From Microbotryum violaceum (Eukaryota): a DNA stretch of 64,000 nt. The stretch covers positions 1,612,001-1,676,000 of the forward strand of contig CDLV01000007.1 of NCBI GenBank assembly GCA_001244265.2, in the 5' to 3' direction. Position 1 is the stretch's first letter; every line of letters starts with the position of its first letter. Under the pieces are notes generated by a model. The model was given only the letters and a program-made list of their open reading frames with translations, was not told the origin of the DNA and ran no database searches. Position numbers and translations under genes: made by a program. Below are positions 54,978 to 64,000 of the stretch, piece after piece.

Positions 54978-57563
54978 TCTAACTAGTTACCCTATTACCC
55001 TATTACCCTTCACCCTAACTAGTAAAAAAAAAGTGTTGATCCGCAATCATGTACCTAAAATCGCTGTTTTTGACTGTGTTGCGGCCCGGAGGGCCGCCTG
55101 TGGTGAATGTACCAGTGCAGTATTGCGTCTGCCGCACCTGTCTGTGATATTGGCGTCCCGACCAGAAGTCATATACGACCCTTTCCGCATTTTCTGCACA
55201 TAAAAGTCGAGCTACAGCTCGAGACAGTTTTTGTTGATTTTCGGAGGGGTGCGCAACTATTGAGCAGTTTGTGTATGATTTATAGCAAGCGCGTGGGTTT
55301 GCATGACACTTCTTCTACAGAGCTCAGAGGTTGTCCCGCTGTCTTTGCGGGCGCGGCTTACGGATGCGCCGTCAATCACGTGATGTGTATTGTTTACATC
55401 GCGACACCGGTTTTAGGGGCTGAACAACAACAGGATCTTCCAGGGGCTGTAAATAGTCCCGCGATACTCTCCCTAATTATTTCCTTTCCCTCCCACTCAC
55501 CGAATTTTTGTGACAACCGCGCCGAGTCTGGCGCGAGGATAGCGTACCGCCGTGCCAGTGCCGTGCCATGGGAGACAATGGGCCTGCTCGAGCTTACTCG
55601 AGCGCCTGCTGCTTGGCCCGCTGCTCGACTCTCCTCTTTGTCCCGCTCCGATCAACAGAATCAGCTCCCCGCGCACAATGACAACAACTCAACCGATCTT
55701 GGTATTGCCGTATAAGCGCCGCCGTACAGCTTTGTAGAACGGACAGCGTGGTCAGCGCGATGGCCCGATGGCCGAACCGACACTGAGCTCGCCCCACCAC
55801 CACCTCTTCCTGCGCAGAGGCAAGTGCGCAGGCCTCGAATTGAGCTCAAACCACTCAAGCCCCACGTTCCCATCCGCGACTACCTTGGCCCCAGATGGCC
55901 GTGTGTATCAACTACAAAGCTCGACACTGGGAGTACAAAAGGTCGAATTCGACCGGACACTACAGCACGTGCTGTTCGCAGGGCAAGGTGCAGCTACCTC
56001 CTCTCTCCGGTCCAATCCCGAGTATCGACAGCTGCTTGAAGGGTCGGATACCGGTCAGTCTCTCCAGTCCGTCGTAGGCCCACATGCTGAACAGCTCGAC
56101 CCACACAGAAGCGGTTGCATTCCGCGAGAATGCCCGGTCGTACAACAAGTTGAACGCGCTGTCTTCACTTCGCTCGCTGCCCACTTTGACCAGACTCGAC
56201 TAGGCACTCAAGGACCCCCATGTTTCGGATTTTTTGACGCCTTTACCATCGACTGGGCCCACTCTCGGCGCCCTAGTTCCTGCCATCAATCAGCGCCCAA
56301 CCTTTGCCAAAACATGGCTCATCTGCCCGGCCGAGGCCACCGACACTCAACTTGGACCCGACGGCGCAGACAGTCGCATACAAAAATCTACCTTGACCAA
56401 GCTCAATTCTACGGTGCGTACCGGCAACCGTTTTGTGAGGGAATTTGCATCGGCCAAAGCTCGCGCAGGTTAGGCCAAAGAGTGGGTCCCGTGCCTCTGC
56501 CTATCAGCTGGCCGAGACCGACGCACCCACAACCTTCCTACGTCGAGCACCGAAATGGCGATGCTTATCTGCGATTCCGACACCAACACGGGAGATCGTG
56601 GACCTCAAGACCTTATTCTCCAGGTGCACGATGATCGATGTCCCAATGGTCGGCCCAAGTACCAAATCGTTAGCTCGCTCCATCCGTCTGCGATGCCTCT
56701 CCGTTACCCACTACTCTTCCCCGCAGAGGAAGGTAGCTTCCACCTCAACATTTCTCTTTGCGCGTTCAACCAAATTGGGCCACTCTTTGCCAAAAGACCG
56801 CGAAGAGGAAGAAGGGGACGCAGAGAATGGTGATGGTGAACGTAAGCCCATTCGGCTCTTTCTCGGATGCTCCATTCTGTTAAGGCGCATGCACAGACTG
56901 ACATTGAACGTTTGAACACCTAGGACGAAGCTCAAATAAAGGGGATCGAGGTGGCGAGTCTCGCGTTCACAATTATTTGCGTACGACTTGCACAAACGCG
57001 ACGAGTACTTCTCAATCCCGCATTGCACCCAACGTGCCTTCCTGGCGTTCGTGATGGCGGATACTCCCAGGTCGAGACCGATCGACTCAACTTACCTCCA
57101 GTTGGATCAAGAAAACCTCCGCCTCACCACGGGCCAAGGCATCATCAGCTTGACCCCGGATCAAGTTGGATGTTCGGTGATTTTGGGCTCAACGTTCAAG
57201 AATAGACCGCGCGAGAACACGCAGCGTTACCAAGATGATATGACGCGTGCGTCGTAAAATATGGAAAGCCTTCGCTGTTCATCACGGTGACGTGCAACCC
57301 TGAATGGCCTGAAACTAAGGCTGCACTGGGGCCGAACGACCAAGCAAGCAACCGACCGGAACTCCTTGCACGAGCGTTTGAAGCCAAGTTGAACCGACTC
57401 TGCGACGACAACGGTTTTGGCAACAAGCAACGGGTAGGCTGTTTGTGAATGGAGGACTGTTTCTTTGCTGTGTTTATTTAACCTCTGTTGAAATCATGTA
57501 GACTGTTCAATTCTCCTGCTATTTGAATTTCACCCTCCCGTTAATTTAACGGGTTTCCACTGG
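54978..57563 (+). mobile_element. Non-autonomous, internally deleted Helitron related to 22521-28368
   Basis: Colinear similarity to the 5' region and RepHel N-terminus with many frameshifts. Jumps at ~57444 to the 3' UTR; perfect hairpin CCCGTTAATTTAACGGG (57537-57553) then CTGG. Confidence 0.9.
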
Positions 57564-58798
57564 ATAGTTAGTTATTCAAGTATGTGTAAAATCTTATCTC
57601 CAGCTATAACTATCTAACTATCAACTATGACCCAATAGTTAGTTAACTAACTATACTTGGGATAGTTAACTATGAAAACTATCAAAATGGCCCCTACTAA
57701 TGGCGCACGCCGAGCGTCGTTGAGGGCCTACCCAAGGCAATGAACCCCATACGGCTCAGCAGTAGACAGCAATTGTTTGGTTGTATTCGACTCTCCTGAC
57801 CACTCGCGCGAGTTGTAGCGGAATAGTGGTACGAGTTGCAGCAAGACGAAGGACAACATTGGTGTAGGAGTTGTTAAACAAATACCTTAAGTGGTGAAAA
57901 CCCAGCCTTCTGGGGAAAATCGCAAGAAATTGATCTAAACGGAGGAGAGTCCGAACTTTTTGGTGATACACAGGGATGGTGGGCGGGATGACAATTGGGA
58001 GCTTTGCGACCCAAGCTTCTGGATGTCAGTCAGCTGCAACTGATGATGGAGCAAGTCCACTGATCGTCTCAGCATACCTTTGCGACAAAGGCAAGGCACT
58101 GTATAAAGACAGTTGTGGCGGGGTTGGTGCAAAGGACGGCAACGGGTCTGCTGAGAGATATGCGATTTAGCTCGTTGCCCAACAACGACTCGGAGCAAAA
58201 TCAGGACAAAAACAAGCAAAAAAAATAAAATAAATAAAAAATAAAAAAAAGGGAACAGACGTGGAGGTTCAACGACTCAACGACTAGGGAATTTGCTGAT
58301 TGCTATTCGGTGTACATTTATGTACAGTATGTTCGAATCCTATCTTGTCTGTTTCGCCTTTCTCCTTTTTCGCCTCTCCTGAATGAGGTATTATTTATTT
58401 GCCATTATCTAAAATGCTTGTAAATAATTGTATTTACTATAAAAACGATTTAGGTAGGGATTTAGGTTTAACAGCTCAGTCTAGTGATTTGGTTTCTGAT
58501 AATAATAAAATCACCATTAGAGTTAAATCTGTAACTCCACTAAAAATGACCCCACAAAGAATTTGCAGGGATCCAAGTGCAAAGTACACCGTGCAACAAG
58601 CTTGGGTGTATCGAAGCACTTACCCCGAGCTATTCTAAGCGAGCCACGTCGAGGGTTTCATACCGAGCTGCTAGCAGCTGTGAACGTCCGGCAAGATGGA
58701 ACTCTCGATCAGCGACCTCGTCAGCTGGGAGGTAGTCTTGGGAGTGAGGAACGCACCTGTCCCTACAGGTGGTGAACGCAGCCATATAAGCTGGTAAG

Positions 58799-58981
58799 GA
58801 AACGTCGACAACGCAGTGAAGGCCCGAAAGGGAACGTGCGTTGCGAGTACCGCCCGTGAGCTCGCGTGTGGGAAGCACAGCTATAGCATCCACTGGGGGA
58901 AACGTCGACAACGCAGTGAAGGCCCAAAAGGGAACGTGCGTTGCGAGTACCGCCCGTGAGCCCGCGTGTGTGGGAAGCACA
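58799..58981. repeat. ~100-bp tandem duplication
   Basis: GAAACGTCGACAACGCAGTGAAGGCCC..GGGAAGCACA at 58799 and 58899. Confidence 0.9.
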
Positions 58982-59163
58982 AGCATTCACGGGGGAGAGA
59001 GGGTTCGTGCGCGCGAGTGTAGCAGCTCAAAGTTGTACAGTGGGGTTATCAAGCAGTCTCTTAACCATGACCCTGTTTGGGCGTCGTGGTAGGCGAGCGA
59101 GCCCCTGTCCTCCGGCGTCAATGTCCGCGCGTGCAGTTGAGCCGTTTTCATGTGGTCAACCTT

Positions 59164-59290
59164 GATACTGACCTGACGAACATCGATAGTAATACTGACC
59201 TGAGGGACATCGATGATACTACTGACCCGAGGAACATTACTGGCCCGAGGAACAACGATAGTAGAACTTATCTGAGGAACATTGATAGTA
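59164..59290 (+). repeat. Imperfect 27-bp minisatellite (reads as (N/T)TDLRNIDS-like units)
   Basis: Recurring ACTGACCTGAGGAACATCGATAGT-like units. Confidence 0.7.
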
Positions 59291-61994
59291 CGAGTCCAAG
59301 CCTGCGAAGACGCCGGGTCGGCGAGACGAGCATGCTATACTGAAAAGGGGTCCAGACGGTGGCGCACGGACCGACCGCGCGCGTCAATTCACCTCGAGGT
59401 GCTTTTCGCAGAGGGTGAGTGGGGCCATCGTTACCTTTCGGGCACAGCTACCTGTATACTGCTCTCCATTAACTCCCTACGCAACTGACCTGGCCCAGGG
59501 TTGGGGGGCCTCCCGGGCGCCGGCTGCGGGCGAGAAGAAGGGCTCCTATAATGCCTTTTCAGATAAAAGGCTTGGAAACGGGTAAATCCTCATTAATTTA
59601 CGGGCTCTTGTCAATTTATCTGTCTCTCATCGGCTCTTCGGGGTGCACGGAAGCCCACTGATGCCCGCCTCGCTTCAGAAAACGACGGGGTAAACACCAC
59701 CCCAAAAGCTGTTTGCAACCGAGCCAATCGAATTTGACGCGCCAGCTCATCGATACCGCAGGCAATGAGGATAAAAACCCCGGGCACAGCCCATGACTCG
59801 TGATCATCGTAAAGCTTGTATCAACAAACAAGGTGTTTTTCTATGCATTCAACGCCATTTCCCTGTCTTGACCGAACAGCGGTTGGAGCCGTGGCATTTG
59901 AGGGCACGCCGCCTTTCATGCATTTCATGTGCGCGCGCAGAATTGCAGAATGCGCTGGCGGCCCTGGGGTAAATGACCTGCGATTCTCGCTCGGAGCGCC
60001 TCGGACAGTGCATAAATGGGTAGTCAATTGGTGAGATATTTACATGAAAATAAATGAGTCCTTTTTAGCTACTTACATTTTCTAGTTGTCACCTAACGAC
60101 TAACTGCCCTGAATGACCAGATACTGATAGGCAGAACCGCAGCCTGACCTGGCTGGCCCCTTTTCTGAACTCGTCAAGTCCACGACTTCGCGCACTGGCC
60201 GTTGGGAGAAAGCGTGGCTGTGTCCACTTTTTGGTCTCATGGAAAACGCGGCGGATTCGCAAAGCCTCTTCCACGGCTGCTGCAGACCCAAGGAGGACGT
60301 GTCCGAGATCGAGAGTTACCCCGGAGTTCGGCTGAGCACACTGTAAACCCCCCCGCGCCTGGCAAGGCGTGGCAGCTGGCACCGTCCTTCCACCTCGGCT
60401 GGCGGCTGCGAATCGGGCATTTCGGCTCGTTGAGTCGAGATCCCAAACCGTGCTGCAAGTTTCAACCTGTGCCATCTCACCATCCGTCCAGCAGACGCGC
60501 CTTCTCTCCTACCTACCCATCTCCCACCCAGCGTCAGTAACGGATCCTCACACTCCTCCCATTGAAGTGCTAAGTCGTACTCCGCAACTCAACTGGACCG
60601 GCGCTCAGCAAAAAAACCTTGCCCGACAGTGTAACCTACTTGCTGAGACTTGATCGAGCTTGATCGACAAGGTATTCGGTCTTTCCGAGCGGTGGGTCGT
60701 TGGCCCGATGTGGGGTCCCCTGTCCGTTCAGGTCTTCGGCGCGATCGGCCGCTCTCGGGCCGCGCTCGGCCGCGCTCGGCAGAGGTGGAGAAGATCGAAA
60801 GCTTGAAGTCACAGCGTGGCGTCATATCGATGAGATGACTCATTCTGCCAAGCGCACACCCCGCGCCCAAGTCAGCTACCACCTCGAGCTCGTCGCCTCT
60901 CTCTCTTTCTCCTTCCTTCTCCTCGTCGACGCGCTCTGCACTTCTCGCACCACTTAATCTTGCCGACATCGCCCCCCTTTTCAGGAGGATACGAAACGGT
61001 GGCCTTTGTGATGTGGTAGAGTCTGTCGTTCGATCCCTCCCACCGTTAAAAGTGTGAGTAACCACCTAGCTGTGATCGTGTTCGTGTGGCGTAGGGTCGG
61101 ACAGACTCGTTTCGTGTTTACCCGTCTCGCGTCCATCTCTCACCATCCCACCTCCATCATCTTACCCCACACCACCTCTCCCCTCTCCCCTCTCCCCTCT
61201 CACTGCGATCTCTCGCTTCCCACCTCGCCACTGCCTCCGACCTTACCGTCTCTCGCTGCATCACGGCTTGCCATCAGCCTATCCACTCGTCGACGAGTGT
61301 TGAATGGCGCCTACGGCATGTCACTGAGGTTGTTGCTGGTACACAAGACCGCTTGCATTTGATCGCACCCCGTGAGTCTTTGCTTTGACCCTTGATCGAT
61401 CGATGGATCGATCGTGCTCGCCGGCCCTTGCAGCGACGACGGGCGAGGCGGGGCTGACGATTCGATCCTCGCGCACACCACAGAGCAGCCTCCACTGCGT
61501 ACCGAGTCGACCGATCTCACCTGCTCGGATCGAAGGAGGTTCACGGTACCCCAAACATCAGTGAGTAGCATGTAGCCTAATCCTATGGTACCAGGTAGCT
61601 TACTTCTAATGTACGCATCAACCTCCAGCTGCACACGGTCTTCAAGCCATCTCCACCTCGGTCGACAAGGTCCCCTTTTCTTTTTCTGTTGCTTTCGAAT
61701 TGGTTTCACCTCGGAACTCTTACGCTGGCGGTGCAAGTGGCAGGCGACTTGTCCTTGTTTAGCCTAGCCAGATCCAACTCCTACATTGAGCCTCCCTCGT
61801 GAACCCCTTTCGTGTTTGGTAGTTTTTGAGTGCACGTATCGAGATGCGCATGCACCACGGATTTGAAATTCGCACACAGCACAGCGCGTAGTGCAGATAG
61901 AGGTTGCGCATGCTCGCTTCGCCGGGCCTCGCCGGGCCGCATCACTGCCGCATCGTTCCCGCTGTTGAAACGTTGAAGGCTGTTGATCGGTTTT

Positions 61995-63003
61995 ATGACT
62001 CCGCCTTCTTCGCCCCGCAGTTTCACAAGCTTGTCCTTCCGCTCTTCCACCTCCCTCTCAATACCACGACAAAAGAAGGGCAGCTCCTATCCCTTACCCC
62101 ATCGGATTATTCCCTCACCAAACACCGACGATGAGCTCGGCAAGCTTGCACGCTCGCACCCCCTCGGAAGCGCGGCTGTTCAACCTGTGCTGGAAGGATC
62201 TTCAGGAACGACGGTCGGGAACGTGCGGAACGAGCCGGTGTTCGAGCTCGGGATCCCCGTCGCAGTCACTTCACGAGTACGACAGCGACAGTGAGGAAGA
62301 CCAAGACCCCGACTTCCCCATGTTGACCCCCTCGATCATTGAGGAAGAGGAGGACGCTTTTGTTCGAGCGGCGGCCAAGGCGCTGCAGCAGCTTCAGTCC
62401 GGCGGAGTCGTCCCGGCAGGAGGCGCGCCACGAGCGATCTTGCGCCCGTCACTCAATTCGCAAAGCTTGTTCGGACCGGACTACAGTTTCGACTATGTGC
62501 ACAAACACCACGACGTCGACTGGTGCTCGCAACAGGATTCGCCCCAAGCCTCGTCCTATACGAATGCATCGGCGTCGGACGGCGGATATTGGTCTCCGGC
62601 TTCTCTGAGCTCTTCAGGATCGTCGTCGTCGGGCGGGTCGTACTCGTCCATCTCGTCGCGCGAAGGCGAAGACGGCGTCGATGACTACATTTTCTCCAAG
62701 CCTTGCTCGGCCGAGTCTACAACTCCTTCGTCGGTCTCATCCTTGGCCGCTCGTCGAGGCCGACCAATGCGGATCAAGCTCCCACCTCGCCCGAACTCGT
62801 TCGGTTCTATCTCGCCTCCGGATCCGGCCGCGGAGAGACCCGAAGCGACGCGCAACTTTAACTCTTTGCACCGCCCCGTCGGCGTCTCCAACAACTTTGC
62901 TGGCATCTCGTTGCGTTGCGACAAGAACGAGTTCGAGTCCGACCTCGATCGACCGCTGCGATTCAAGAGTCGTTCGCCGAGCAAGCACGGTTTCGCCTTT
63001 TGA
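61995..63003 (+). CDS. Ser-rich hypothetical protein; start uncertain (61995 via a short intron, or 62131)
   Basis: 290-aa ORF 62131-63003 with low-complexity S/D/E composition; overlapping upstream ORF MTPPSSPRSF.. may be exon 1. Confidence 0.55.
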
Positions 63004-63222
63004 GCGGCGCCCGTCCAAGGCGAACCACCCTACGTTCTGCCGAATTCTGCCGCTGTACTAACCGTCTCCTCATATCTGTTGTTGTATTTCCTACCTTACT
63101 ATCACTAGCACCCTCGTTGCACTCGTTCAATCTTAGTGATATAATCCTAATGTCAAGCTACCGTCGGCGGTCGCTTGCTCATTTTTGAATCTGCTGCATG
63201 CTGCAGCCTGCCGCCGAGAAAG

Positions 63223-63230
63223 TCACGTGA
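63223..63230. promoter_or_regulatory. TCACGTGA E-box (Cbf1-type) upstream of a sulfur amino-acid gene
   Basis: GTCACGTGA lies ~260 bp upstream of ATG 63491. Confidence 0.4.
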
Positions 63231-63490
63231 TTCGGGCGTGATCTCGCGAAAGGCTTTCTATACCTGAGATGAGTTCTTCTCTCAGAAAAGTATGCACAGT
63301 ATGCACAACACCCCGACCAAATCAGTATCCAGAAAGCGGTGCTCGCTCGGCCGAGCCGGATTGACGTGGCTGAGAACAACTCGCGATCACGCCTTCGACT
63401 TGTGACCCGCCCTCGGATCTCGGTGGGTGCGCCGCGCAGCTCTCCGTCATCCGTGCTCCACTCAGACTCGGCAAACTCCAAGCGGCCACC

Positions 63491-64000
63491 ATGTCGACCA
63501 AGATAAAGCTGAGGAACGTCGCTCGAGCTACGAGTGCTCGGCAAAGATCCATTCCAACGACCTCACGATTGTTCGGCAGTAGTAGCACCAGCCGAAGCAG
63601 CAGCGATGCGAGCGCATCAACTTCGACCTCGACTTCGACGTCTGGCTCGAACCCAGCCATGTCGTTCCCATGCGTCGACCAGAACGAGTCACGTACCCAG
63701 CTAATACTCGAACAACGTAAAAAAGCGCAAGCGCAAGCGCAAGCTTCGACATCCTCTGCCTCGTCCTCCGAGTCGAACGAGCTGTCGAACCTGCCTTCGC
63801 CGCCTCCATCATCATCGGTAAATGAGCCCGAGACTGGTCCCGAACCCGCCTATGCGAATGTCGTCACCGGTTACGAGCTGTACTACCATGACCAACCTTA
63901 CGCCCTCGACTATGGAGGTCATCTCCCCTCTTTTCACCTCGCATACGAAACTTGGGGCAAGCTCAACGCCGACAGATCCAATGCGGTCCTCGTCCACACG
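63491..64000 (+). CDS. Serine O-succinyl/acetyltransferase (Cys2-like, MetX/Met2 family) with mitochondrial-type presequence; runs off the window end
   Basis: R/S-rich N-terminus, FPCVD, GPEPAY, LDYGGHLPSFHLAYETWGKLNADRSNAVLVHT. Confidence 0.88.
   Translation, partial: MSTKIKLRNVARATSARQRSIPTTSRLFGSSSTSRSSSDASASTSTSTSTSGSNPAMSFPCVDQNESRTQLILEQRKKAQAQAQASTSSASSSESNELSNLPSPPPSSSVNEPETGPEPAYANVVTGYELYYHDQPYALDYGGHLPSFHLAYETWGKLNADRSNAVLVHT

Noticed and set aside
57740-58250. Short ORF fragments followed by an A-rich tract (possible retrocopy)
   Set aside because: No recognisable family, TSD or consistent frame.

Overview
Intron-rich fungal genomic DNA with short GT-AG introns and CTRAC branch sites. 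The gene repertoire points to a basidiomycete, most likely Pucciniomycotina/Microbotryomycetes (inferred, not database-checked). Recognisable host genes in order: NUP133 (5' part), SPC24, an MpaB'/DUF2236-type oxygenase, an F-box-like protein, ADK1, a DCN1-family protein, RAD18, AHA1, SRP40, PET100, SKN7, a ~1730-aa mucin-like type I membrane protein with 8 x 57-aa repeats, KHA1, two hypothetical proteins and the 5' end of a Cys2/Met2-family acyltransferase. Transposon-rich blocks lie between them: a 5'-truncated L1-like LINE inside an intron of a decayed gene, a MULE/SWIM transposase remnant, a near-complete intron-containing Helitron with two in-frame stops, an internally deleted sister Helitron, a SINE-like element sharing the LINE's 3' tail, a small MITE and a possible solo LTR. 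The most notable observations are (1) an AHA1 terminal intron that stays in frame and would encode a tail-anchor membrane isoform, (2) the LINE/SINE-like shared tail, and (3) a hairpin-loop microinversion between the two Helitrons. All identifications come from motif recognition by eye. Exon boundaries are manual and some are approximate.
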